DNA of 64,000 nt, taken from NCBI GenBank assembly GCA_963662945.1, contig OY759974.1:672001-736000 (forward strand). The letters run 5' to 3'. The notes beneath the pieces were generated by a model. The model saw only the letters and a program-made list of their open reading frames with translations, ran no database searches and had not been told where the DNA came from. Numbering within the stretch: position 1 is the first letter of the stretch; every line of letters starts with the position of its first letter. The translations under genes and the position numbers were made by a program. The DNA comes from Arcobacteraceae bacterium. GTDB lineage: Bacteria > Campylobacterota > Campylobacteria > Campylobacterales > Arcobacteraceae. This document shows, in pieces, positions 10,793-19,915 of the stretch.

Positions 10793-11672
10793 AAATTGTT
10801 TTCCACTCTTTCATATGATACTCTCCATGTAATAAACCATTTGTATTACAACTACTACAAGGAGCTAAATTTCTTTTTCCCAATAATAAATTTTTTCTAT
10901 ACTTTTTAAAATTTTTTGATTTCCATACATTTACTAATGTATCATTAGTTATATTTCCCATTTTTACTTTTTTATTCCAATCTTGTAAACATAACATGAC
11001 ATCACCATTCCAATCTACCATCATAGAGTAAAAGGGATAGTAACATGATCTATTTATATCTACTTCTTCTTGCTTACCAACAGTAACTACACCTGCTCTA
11101 TTTGTAAGTTTCACCCCATAATCTTCATTAATTGTATACCATCTATCTCTTAATACATATGATTCTTCTGAGATATTTGCTTCATGAAATATTTTTTTGA
11201 AATGTTCAATTTGATGTGGACCATCATACATACTAATTATCATGATATCTAATCCATTATTAAAAAGTTCTTTAACAATTTTTGTTGTAACTTTATCACC
11301 ATTTGTAACAATTTCTAAACGTATACCATCTCCAAGTATTTTGACCATTTCTATTAAGTCATTATGCATCATAGGTTCTCCATAACCAGATAACACTATA
11401 GAACCTTTATAATCTATACTTTTCAATTCATTATTAATCTTTCTACATAGTTCTAACGAAACATGTAAATTTTGATTTGGATATATTGAATCATCGGCAC
11501 GAGGACAAAATATACATTTTCGATTACATAACTCAGTAGGATTTAAATCTATCCAACTAAAAAGTGGCACACCATCAAACATTTGTACTTTATCTATATG
11601 ATATGCTTTCCTATTTATATTTTTTTTTATTGTAGATTCAAAAATCTCTTCTTTTGTTTTACTATCTTTCAA
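10776..11672 (-). CDS. Radical SAM protein with SPASM/twitch domain
   Basis: CNRKCIFC (CX3CX2C), GYGEP, TNG; C-terminal CYYPF...GDVMLC...CSSC. Confidence 0.9.
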   Translation of the reverse strand: MKDSKTKEEIFESTIKKNINRKAYHIDKVQMFDGVPLFSWIDLNPTELCNRKCIFCPRADDSIYPNQNLHVSLELCRKINNELKSIDYKGSIVLSGYGEPMMHNDLIEMVKILGDGIRLEIVTNGDKVTTKIVKELFNNGLDIMIISMYDGPHQIEHFKKIFHEANISEESYVLRDRWYTINEDYGVKLTNRAGVVTVGKQEEVDINRSCYYPFYSMMVDWNGDVMLCLQDWNKKVKMGNITNDTLVNVWKSKNFKKYRKNLLLGKRNLAPCSSCNTNGLLHGEYHMKEWKTIYENNI

Positions 11673-11695
11673 ATTAATTTTCCTCCAAATATTCT

Positions 11696-12643
11696 CTATA
11701 TCTCAAAATCACGTAAATGAACAACACCTGATAGGTTATTTTTATCATCAACAACTAAGAGAGCATTTATTTTATTTTTTTTCATTATTTCACTTGCTTG
11801 TGATATTTTTTCATTTTCATTAATTGTTTTTGGAGTTTTATTCATAATATCTACTGCTTTTAGATTAAAAAAAGTTTTTTCATATCGCTCCATTACTTGT
11901 CTTAAATCATAATCTGTTATTATACCACATATACTATCTTTATTCATAACTACAACCAAACCATATTGTCCTTGAGTCATAATATGTATTATATCTTTTA
12001 TAGAAGTTGTTTCATTACATATAGGTAATTTATCTTTTTTCATAACAGTTTTTATCGTTGTAAGTAGTCTTTTCCCTAAACTACCTCCTGGATGAAATTG
12101 TGCAAAATCTTTATCTTTAAAATCTCTTAACTTCATAAGTGCTACCGCTAATGCATCACCCATAGCTAAAGTCGCGGTGGTTGAAGACGTTGGAGCCAAT
12201 TGTAAGGGACATGCCTCTTCTTCTACAAAAATATTTATATGAAAAGTTGAATTTATGGCCAATGTAGATTTACTATTTCCTGTCATTGAAACTATCAAGT
12301 TGCCATTATACTTAAGAAAAGGAATCAATTTTAAGACTTCATCAGTTTCACCAGAGTTAGAAAGTAACAATAATATATCATCTTTACCTATCATACCTAA
12401 ATCACCATGATAAGCTTCTCCCGGATGTAAAAAAAAGCTTGAAGTACCAGTACTTGCAAGTGTTGCTGCTATCTTTTTTCCTATTATACCGGATTTTCCC
12501 ATTCCACAAACTACTAAACGCCCCGTAGATTTAAAGATAAGATTAACAATACTTTCAAAATTCTCATCTAAAAAGTTTTTTAATTCTGAAATAGCCCTAG
12601 ATTCTATATCTAAAACATTCTTAGCAATATCTATTACGTTCAT
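11696..12643 (-). CDS. kpsF: KpsF/GutQ arabinose-5-phosphate isomerase (SIS + CBS)
   Basis: GMGKSG, HPGEAYHGDLG, EEEACPLQLAPTSST, FHPGGSLG, CBS pair. Confidence 0.9.
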   Translation of the reverse strand: MNVIDIAKNVLDIESRAISELKNFLDENFESIVNLIFKSTGRLVVCGMGKSGIIGKKIAATLASTGTSSFFLHPGEAYHGDLGMIGKDDILLLLSNSGETDEVLKLIPFLKYNGNLIVSMTGNSKSTLAINSTFHINIFVEEEACPLQLAPTSSTTATLAMGDALAVALMKLRDFKDKDFAQFHPGGSLGKRLLTTIKTVMKKDKLPICNETTSIKDIIHIMTQGQYGLVVVMNKDSICGIITDYDLRQVMERYEKTFFNLKAVDIMNKTPKTINENEKISQASEIMKKNKINALLVVDDKNNLSGVVHLRDFEI

Positions 12644-12647
12644 ATCA

Positions 12648-12713
12648 TTATTCCTTACTAATTAAGTCTAATGATTTAATTAACTCAATAATTTCTTTTA
12701 GTTTATTCTGCAT
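12648..12713 (-). pseudogene. Probable internally deleted acyl-carrier-protein relic (21 codons)
   Basis: AGGAG RBS then MQNKLKEIIELIKSLDLISKE*, directly after the FkbH relic. Reads like the N- and C-termini of an ACP without the DSL core. Confidence 0.35.
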
Positions 12714-12719
12714 TTATAA

Positions 12720-13200
12720 CTCCTACATAACCAAATTTTTTCTTTTGATATCATTTATTTTCTAATTTATACTCACTAAAATCACCATTTTGATATTATA
12801 TTAAATCTATATTTATCATATATCAATGTCTTAATTTTATTCTAAAGTAGTTTCAGTTTTCCATTTATTTCTTGATTTAAGATAATCAACAATTATATCT
12901 ATAAACTTACATTCTATAATTCTTTCAAGTACTAAACAACTCATCAATAAAGCGATAATTTTAGCACAATTTCCAAAATATCTAATATAACTAATCTTAG
13001 AATACCATTATCATCAAATTTATCCTTAATAATTAATTACTATCACTACTATGTAACCTTGATTTATAAAATTTTTTATATATTTTGTTCAAGATATCTT
13101 TTGGTAGTTAAATTAATTTCAAAATTAGAGTAATCAATAAAAACTAAACTATCTAATCCAATATTTCATTCTAAAAACTTAATACTTTATTATTCAAATA
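12720..13200 (-). pseudogene. Degraded FkbH-like (HAD-IIIC) glyceryl transferase/phosphatase
   Basis: Hand translation gives FkbH motifs in the correct order, broken by stops and frameshifts: NIGLDSLVFIDYSNFEINL (from 13165), NLTTKRY (13114-13094), KDKFDDNG (13027-13004), LLMSCLVLERIIE (from 12950). Confidence 0.8.
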
Positions 13201-13220
13201 ACCATTTTTTACATAAGCAT

Positions 13221-14966
13221 TTACTTCAGTATCAAATCTTTATTACTCATTATTTGATCAAATAAACTAATTAATTGATCTTCCCAATTTTTATTTGATT
13301 TAGCATATTTATTTACAAATTTCCATCTAGTTTTTTGGACAATGTCAGAAAACCACCAAGCTTCTACATCATCAAATATTTCATTAATATGCTTTGAAGC
13401 TGAAATTGGTGAAGTATGTAGTATTTTACAATAAATAAGCTCTTCTACCATACTAACAAAACTATCTCTAAATTTATAAGTTTGTAAATCTATGAATATT
13501 ACCGTAGGTTTATTCAAAAATAATGTTTCTAAAATTGTTGTACCTAAATGATCAAATATTAGTAATTTACTATTTTGAATTACCTTACTCATTTTATTAT
13601 TTATATCAATTCTAGTATTATAATTATTTGATTTAATAATTTTATTAATCATATTTAAACTAATTTTTGTATGATAGGGTCTAATAATAAATTTTTCATC
13701 TATGACATATCTATGAAGATGCTTAAAAAATAATTCCATATCAATAAAAAAACTTTTTAAGTATATGCTACTCATTGGATAATGAACAAACCTTAATAAA
13801 TATTTTGAAGCATTTGTAGTAATATATGTAATATTATTATCATTAAAAATATTCTTTTTTATCAGCATAGGTAAGCCAAAAGGTATTGTTTTTTCATCTT
13901 CTTTCCATCCAGAAGTTAAAAAATAGTTTGCAATTTCTCTTTCATAATTTTCACCCCAGAGATAAGATAACCATCCATATAAACCACCATGTTGATGCGA
14001 AATTATTTGAATATTTTTATAGTTTTCAGCCAAAAAGAATTTTACTTCATTATTACCATATAAAGCAGTTGATGTATAAAATACTCTGGGAACAAAAGTA
14101 ATTTTTTTAAGAGTATCATCCTTAAATTGTTGATAGTTACTTAAATATATTGATGGTATATCTTGTAATATATTTTTAAAGATATATTTTTTAAATACAT
14201 TAGTCGTATAAATATTAATAGTATCTCTTCGAGTAGTATCATCTGCAATTTGCATTTTTTCAATATAATTAAAATTATCAAATATTATTTTGAAATTACT
14301 TTTAATTAATAACTTAAGAATACTAATTAGAGATCTATCTCCAAAATTGACTTCACAAAATACTATTTTATCATTTTGAGCAAAAGATAAAATACTAGAT
14401 AATTTTCTTAAAAATTTACTTTTCAGTGACTCTTTTCGAAATATTTTAATAAGCTTTTTTTCAATCTTATTATTTATACATTTAGTTTTAAATTTCTTCT
14501 TAGGAAAAAGAAAACTTAAAACTTTACTATATATTTGTAAATTATATTCATCCGTTTGTGTAATAGTTATAAAATCTTTATAATCAAAAGGTATGCTATA
14601 TTGCTGCTCATCTAATAATATAGTATCAAAATTCCCATACTTCCTATAAAAGAAATAGATAGTTAAAAATCTGTCATAATTAATATTAATATAGTGGAAT
14701 AACCATTCTCCTAATAGTATCTTATAATATTGTTGAGAATTATCTACGTTATGAATCTGATTTAATTCTTTAGTTAATATATCTAAAAAAAATTCATAAT
14801 AGTATTCACACTTTTTCATAGCATTTGTAACTTTTTTATGATGATCCCAAATATAATTCATTACTTGATAGTCTTTTGTAGTATTTGTTTTACACCATTC
14901 TCCCAGTAATATAACATCATTTTGTTCATCTATAAAATCATTGAGTGCAGTAGTTAAGAGAAACAC
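13221..14966 (-). CDS. LIC12162-family putative transferase
   Basis: N-terminal FLLTTAL...LLGEWC, HQHGGLYG, FLTSGW, TTILETL, WWFSDIVQ; 581 aa. Confidence 0.75.
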   Translation of the reverse strand: MFLLTTALNDFIDEQNDVILLGEWCKTNTTKDYQVMNYIWDHHKKVTNAMKKCEYYYEFFLDILTKELNQIHNVDNSQQYYKILLGEWLFHYININYDRFLTIYFFYRKYGNFDTILLDEQQYSIPFDYKDFITITQTDEYNLQIYSKVLSFLFPKKKFKTKCINNKIEKKLIKIFRKESLKSKFLRKLSSILSFAQNDKIVFCEVNFGDRSLISILKLLIKSNFKIIFDNFNYIEKMQIADDTTRRDTINIYTTNVFKKYIFKNILQDIPSIYLSNYQQFKDDTLKKITFVPRVFYTSTALYGNNEVKFFLAENYKNIQIISHQHGGLYGWLSYLWGENYEREIANYFLTSGWKEDEKTIPFGLPMLIKKNIFNDNNITYITTNASKYLLRFVHYPMSSIYLKSFFIDMELFFKHLHRYVIDEKFIIRPYHTKISLNMINKIIKSNNYNTRIDINNKMSKVIQNSKLLIFDHLGTTILETLFLNKPTVIFIDLQTYKFRDSFVSMVEELIYCKILHTSPISASKHINEIFDDVEAWWFSDIVQKTRWKFVNKYAKSNKNWEDQLISLFDQIMSNKDLILK

Positions 14967-14967
14967 T

Positions 14968-15606
14968 TTAAGCCTTTGGCATTATTTTCTCTATTTTAAT
15001 AATATACTTATAACCGTCTATTTCAAAAAATGCAGGATAATCATTATTATTTACTATTCTAAGTAAGTTAAATTGTTCTTTAATTGTTTTATTGATATCT
15101 AATTTACTATCTTCAAATGTTCTTTTTAAATAAAAACTTTCTTCACCAATCTGTTTTATAGATAATTTATATGCATCATAATTATCTAAAAATTCTAAAC
15201 ACATATTTATTGTAAAATTTCCTTGCTTGCTTCTTAATTCCTCATTAAGTTCATATCCAGTTAATTTTAATAATTTTTGCATATAGATATTTCCATCATC
15301 AACTCCTGTTGATGCTTCAAACATTGTAAATGGAATTTCATTACTACCTTCTAAAATTTGCCAAAACATTGGTGCCCACCCTTTACCCTTTGGTAATGCA
15401 CTTTCATGTATAACTATATTGTGCTTATGTTTTAATAAATATTTCTCTTCAATTATTTTATGATAACTTAAAATAAATACTATGTCGATATATTCATCAA
15501 TTTCTGTATGATTAAAATATAGTTCAGAATTTAATAACTTAGATTGTAATTTCTGTGCATACGGCACAAACCATTGATCTGGAGAAGTTAAAATACCTAT
15601 TTTCAT
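14968..15606 (-). CDS. Sugar N-formyltransferase (Fmt-like)
   Basis: HESALPKGKGWAP, GVDDGNI, FNLLRIVNNNDYPAFF. Confidence 0.85.
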   Translation of the reverse strand: MKIGILTSPDQWFVPYAQKLQSKLLNSELYFNHTEIDEYIDIVFILSYHKIIEEKYLLKHKHNIVIHESALPKGKGWAPMFWQILEGSNEIPFTMFEASTGVDDGNIYMQKLLKLTGYELNEELRSKQGNFTINMCLEFLDNYDAYKLSIKQIGEESFYLKRTFEDSKLDINKTIKEQFNLLRIVNNNDYPAFFEIDGYKYIIKIEKIMPKA

Positions 15607-16286
15607 TATTTAACTACCCTTATACTTTTAAATGTTTCAACATACTTTCTTCCAACACGCATACCACAATATTTTGAGTGCAATTCTATACCTTCTAAAC
15701 TTCGAGGATGAGGAAAATGACATAGTTCAGATTCATACATTTTCATTGCCTCTAATTTTAAACTCAATGTGTCAGTTATATCAAAATAAGTATCTGGAGA
15801 AAAAGAAATCGGATAATTCCACTCTGTTGAAGATAATATTTCAAAACTATATAGTTCTTTAACTGTTTCATCTTTCATAGGTCTTGTAGCCGTAACTACT
15901 GCTTTATATGTTATCTGATGATCAATATTTAAGTCATGTTCATAATGTGTAAATATTATATCAGGTTTTATTTCTTCTTTAACTTTAGAAATAACTTTTA
16001 TAATATCAAGTAAATCTACACTATCAAATCTATTATCTGGGAAACTTTCTACATATACTTTTTTTATACCTATAATGTCATTAGCTTTTTGAATCTCAGA
16101 ATTCAATACTTCTATTTCTTCTTGTCTTTTCTCTACTTCTCTTGTTATATCTCTACTTGTTTTACCTTCACCTAAAATTAATGTATATGCCTCATATCCT
16201 TCTTTTATAAGTCTAGCTACAGTTCCAAAGCATCCTAAAACTTCATCATCTGGATGAGCTGCAATAATTAGTATTTTTTTTGACAT
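15606..16286 (-). CDS. PIG-L/LmbE-family N-deacetylase
   Basis: AAHPDDEVLG, DLNIDH, HPRS. Confidence 0.9.
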   Translation of the reverse strand: MSKKILIIAAHPDDEVLGCFGTVARLIKEGYEAYTLILGEGKTSRDITREVEKRQEEIEVLNSEIQKANDIIGIKKVYVESFPDNRFDSVDLLDIIKVISKVKEEIKPDIIFTHYEHDLNIDHQITYKAVVTATRPMKDETVKELYSFEILSSTEWNYPISFSPDTYFDITDTLSLKLEAMKMYESELCHFPHPRSLEGIELHSKYCGMRVGRKYVETFKSIRVVK

Positions 16287-16290
16287 AAAT

Positions 16291-17112
16291 TTACCTTAAA
16301 ATTAGATTCGTTGCATTATCATACATTATTTTTTCTATTTCTTTAGATGTAAAGTTATATTTTTCAAAATATACTATAGTTTTAGCAATGCTGTCTTCTA
16401 AAGGTACATATGGAAAATCTGACCCATATAATATTTTATCTAGGCCTATTTTTTTATATGCAAATGCAAAGTCTTGTTCAATTGATGAATTTAAATAAAA
16501 TAAAACTGAAAAAGATGTTTCCAAAAAAACATTTTTTTTCTCATCGGCTAATAGCATTGCTTCAATTATTCTCGCACCGCCACTATGAAGTAATACTATT
16601 GGTGTCTTTGTTATAAAATCTGAAATAAAACATGCTAACTTAAGATTATCATACTCATACATTTTAGAAGTTCCGTAACTTGTATCAATACAAATAATTA
16701 AATTATGTTTCTCTGCATATTTACATATTTTTGTAATATCAATAAAGTCACTATTAGAAATTTTTTGATGATATGAATGGAATTTTATTGCTTTAATACC
16801 AGACTTAACTGCTATTTCTAAGTATTCATAAACATTTTGTTGTCTAAAATCAATTAGTGCAGAAATTAAAGAACCTTGAAAATCATTATTTATATTGCTT
16901 ATAAAACTTGACAAATCATTTTTAAAAAAAATATTTTGATTAAATAACATAAAGTTTGCAGCATGCACTTGATTATTTTTCAATGTATTCTTATGATGTG
17001 TATAACATTTAGTTAGTTGTTCTAGATTCATATTATATTCATTTAAAACAGTTTCATTTACGTCACTTTTTAGATTACATGGTAAATGAACATTAAAATC
17101 AAAAATTTTCAT
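16291..17112 (-). CDS. Amidohydrolase (Amidohydro_2-like TIM-barrel metallohydrolase)
   Basis: DFNVHL, IKFH, LLHSGG, LYGSDFPY, MYDNA. Confidence 0.8.
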   Translation of the reverse strand: MKIFDFNVHLPCNLKSDVNETVLNEYNMNLEQLTKCYTHHKNTLKNNQVHAANFMLFNQNIFFKNDLSSFISNINNDFQGSLISALIDFRQQNVYEYLEIAVKSGIKAIKFHSYHQKISNSDFIDITKICKYAEKHNLIICIDTSYGTSKMYEYDNLKLACFISDFITKTPIVLLHSGGARIIEAMLLADEKKNVFLETSFSVLFYLNSSIEQDFAFAYKKIGLDKILYGSDFPYVPLEDSIAKTIVYFEKYNFTSKEIEKIMYDNATNLILR

Positions 17113-17115
17113 TAT

Positions 17116-17763
17116 TTAGTCCTTAAAAATAAAAAGCATAAACTCTTTTTGAGGAATGGGATGATAATTGTGCTTCAACACTACATTTGATGACAATGTA
17201 AATGCAAATTCCAACATCTTCTCAGGACTATGATAAAATACAAAATCTTCCTTTTGATAATTTTCTGTAACCTTTGTAGATAAAAAATCTACTATCAACA
17301 CTTCATCAACTAGAGCAAAAGCCTTTTTAATAAAGTTTTTGGAATATTCATAATTATCTACTTTATCTTTAAAATTTAAATTTAGCACTCCAAACATAAG
17401 ACCTATATTAGCAATATTACTCTTTTTAGAAATTAAAATATTCTCAACTTCGAACTTTGCACGATTTGACGTATGTAATTTTTGTGATTCACTAATTAAA
17501 TCAGGGTTAATGTCATAACCTATATATTCATCAAACATTATGTGATTGTTATTTAAAAAAGTAAAATAATCTCCAAAGCCACATCCAATATCTAGGACTT
17601 TTTTGTTCTCAAAGACTATATTACTATCCAGTGTTTGCAAGAATCTATAATCTTGTTGTTCTTTTGTACCCCACCCTAGTGTTTTTACATCATAACCCAA
17701 TTTTTTATACCTTTGTGAATAACGCTCTATCGTTAACTTAGCAATATCATCAATATTATTCAT
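17116..17763 (-). CDS. Class I SAM methyltransferase
   Basis: LGWG...VLDIGCGFGD, GYDINP. Confidence 0.85.
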   Translation of the reverse strand: MNNIDDIAKLTIERYSQRYKKLGYDVKTLGWGTKEQQDYRFLQTLDSNIVFENKKVLDIGCGFGDYFTFLNNNHIMFDEYIGYDINPDLISESQKLHTSNRAKFEVENILISKKSNIANIGLMFGVLNLNFKDKVDNYEYSKNFIKKAFALVDEVLIVDFLSTKVTENYQKEDFVFYHSPEKMLEFAFTLSSNVVLKHNYHPIPQKEFMLFIFKD

Positions 17764-17790
17764 TAATTATCCTTGTAAATCATATTTATA

Positions 17791-18924
17791 TTATTTATTA
17801 TAGTCTAAAACAAAAATATCATTTTTATTAAAAACTTTGGCAAAATTATCCTCTATATATTTCAATATTTCGTGATCATGAATACTAGTAAATATTACAA
17901 TTTTATCACTACTAACTATCTCTTCTCTTACTTCATCAGGTGTAAATACTTCATAATTATCTAAATAGTTTTTTTTATCTTTATTGGAATCAACTATTGT
18001 TACATTTTTATTTATAAATTCCCCTTAAGCAATTAAATCAAGAAAATTTTGGTTAACACCCCAAAGTAAGAAGTTTTTATTTTTTTCATTATTAATAAAT
18101 TCATGCATTTTCTTTATACTTTCGTTAAAAGTATTTATGTGCTTAATACCATCTAGTACTAGTGATTTATTTTTTAAATAGTTATTATTTAATAAAAGCT
18201 TTTTATTTTTATTAGTCTTTTTAAAAGATGCTACGAATCCATAACTCCTACTACAATCTTCTTTAGAGTAATTAATCATTTCAAAACCTGAGTTATTGCA
18301 AAGATATTCTAAAGAGTCTTTTGTAAAGTGCTGCATATGTTCAAACAACTTCAGTGCACTTATATCTTTATCATAATCTTCTAAATCAGGAACTTCTATT
18401 ATCATAATTCCTTCATCATGTAAACTTTCATAACACTCTTGTAAAAAAACTTGTGGATTTACAATATGCTCTAAAACAAAATAATGAGCTATTATATTGG
18501 CTTTTTCTGTTGAAATATTATCCATACTGTTACTATCAACGTCAACATTAACATTAATATCCATAGTTTTTACAGTTTGGAACTTTTTCTTAAGTTCTTT
18601 GTGAAATATACTCTGAGAGTTTGCACCTATTTCAATATATAAGTCAGCTTGAAAGTCATGTTTCATAATAAAGTTTATTCTTTTCTCATACATGTAATCT
18701 AAACTATAATGAGCTAAGCTGTCTCCATAAAAATCACCTAAATCTTTTTCTGATACAGCAGGATTCATAAAAAAATGTCCACATTCTTTACAAATCACAT
18801 TATTTACATCAAACTCCAAAAAAAAATTTTTTGTTTTAGTTATAGCTTTATACTTATAAAGTAACTCATTATTATTAGAATCACATATGTCACAAGCTTT
18901 TTTTAAGTACGAAAAGTAGTTCGT
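17791..18924 (-). pseudogene. Disrupted NDP-sugar C-methyltransferase-like gene (Zn ribbon + class I MTase + C-terminal domain)
   Basis: The frame of ORF 18025-18819 extends upstream to ACG at 18924 behind an AAGGGA RBS (NYFSYLKKACDIC...CKECG). It also continues past an in-frame TAA at 18027-18025 for 77 more codons (GEFINKNVTIVDSN...VLDYNK*) to 17791. Confidence 0.8.
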
Positions 18925-18925
18925 T

Positions 18926-19915
18926 TTATCCCTTTAAAAACTGATTTAGTAGCTTATCGTTTATATTAACCTTATCAATTTCAGTTATTTTAATCAACAA
19001 TTCTCTAAAGTCTAATCCATGCTGTTCAGAAAACATTTTTACCTTATCTTCATAAGCTGAATGAAACCCTACGCAACCATAAAGAATATCATCTTCTTTT
19101 AAAGAGAAAACTCTACCTTTTGATAAAAGATATTCTTTAAATTTCTCAGATAAAACCAAGGTATCAAGAAAAAACCTTTTATCCATAGTTTTTTCTTGTT
19201 TATTCATTATGGCCAGAATGCTTTCAGTTGCTACATTCCCTCCACTTCTGCCTATCCCACCAAGTGTTGTGTCAATATATTCTACACCCATTTCAATTGA
19301 TGTCAAGGCATTAGCCATAGCTAAGCCCAAGTTATTATGCCCATGAAAACCTAAGGCATTAAAAGTAGCTTTTTCATTTATCTCCCCAAAGTATTTTTTA
19401 ATGTCACTTGGCAACATATAACCTGCAGAGTCTACTACATACAACACATCTACCGTATCTTCTAAACCTTTAATAGATTGTATTAACTCTAATGGAGTTA
19501 CAGTATAACTTTTCATAATATTTAATGCAACAAAAAAACCCATTGTTTTTATTTTATCAATTATCGGATAATATTTCACTATATCATTAGCTTCCACTCC
19601 TATCCTTACTCCATATAAACCAAATTCTTTTGGGATCTTCAAGTCATTAAGTGAAGATATTGACGGAATAAAAAATGAGAAAAATTTATTATTTAATAAC
19701 AATGGCGATAGTTTTTCATATAATTCTGGATCTGTAAAACCTGATGTAAATTTTTTATATGCACCTATTCCAAGTCCATGACCTACTTCTATATGATCAA
19801 AACCAGATTCTAAAAACTTATTTGCAAATTTATAAATATTTTCACTATCAATTAAAAAATCTAATATATATAATCCATCTCTCAATGTATTTTCTAATAT
19901 TTTTACTTTATTCAA
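18926..19915 (-). CDS. 4-hydroxy-2-oxovalerate aldolase-like (DmpG/HMGL-like) protein
   Basis: ENTLRDG, EVGHGLG, VDSAG, GFHGHNNLGLA, GIGRSGGN; no adjacent DmpF. Confidence 0.8.
   Translation of the reverse strand: MNKVKILENTLRDGLYILDFLIDSENIYKFANKFLESGFDHIEVGHGLGIGAYKKFTSGFTDPELYEKLSPLLLNNKFFSFFIPSISSLNDLKIPKEFGLYGVRIGVEANDIVKYYPIIDKIKTMGFFVALNIMKSYTVTPLELIQSIKGLEDTVDVLYVVDSAGYMLPSDIKKYFGEINEKATFNALGFHGHNNLGLAMANALTSIEMGVEYIDTTLGGIGRSGGNVATESILAIMNKQEKTMDKRFFLDTLVLSEKFKEYLLSKGRVFSLKEDDILYGCVGFHSAYEDKVKMFSEQHGLDFRELLIKITEIDKVNINDKLLNQFLKG

Noticed and set aside
18025-18027. Programmed stop read-through or recoding
   Set aside because: The stop is TAA, not TGA/TAG, other genes use TAA as a normal stop, and the start codon is also damaged. 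A pseudogene is the simpler explanation.
18926-19915. Aromatic meta-cleavage pathway (dmpG/mhpE)
   Set aside because: No dmpF or ring-cleavage genes nearby; the context is biosynthetic.
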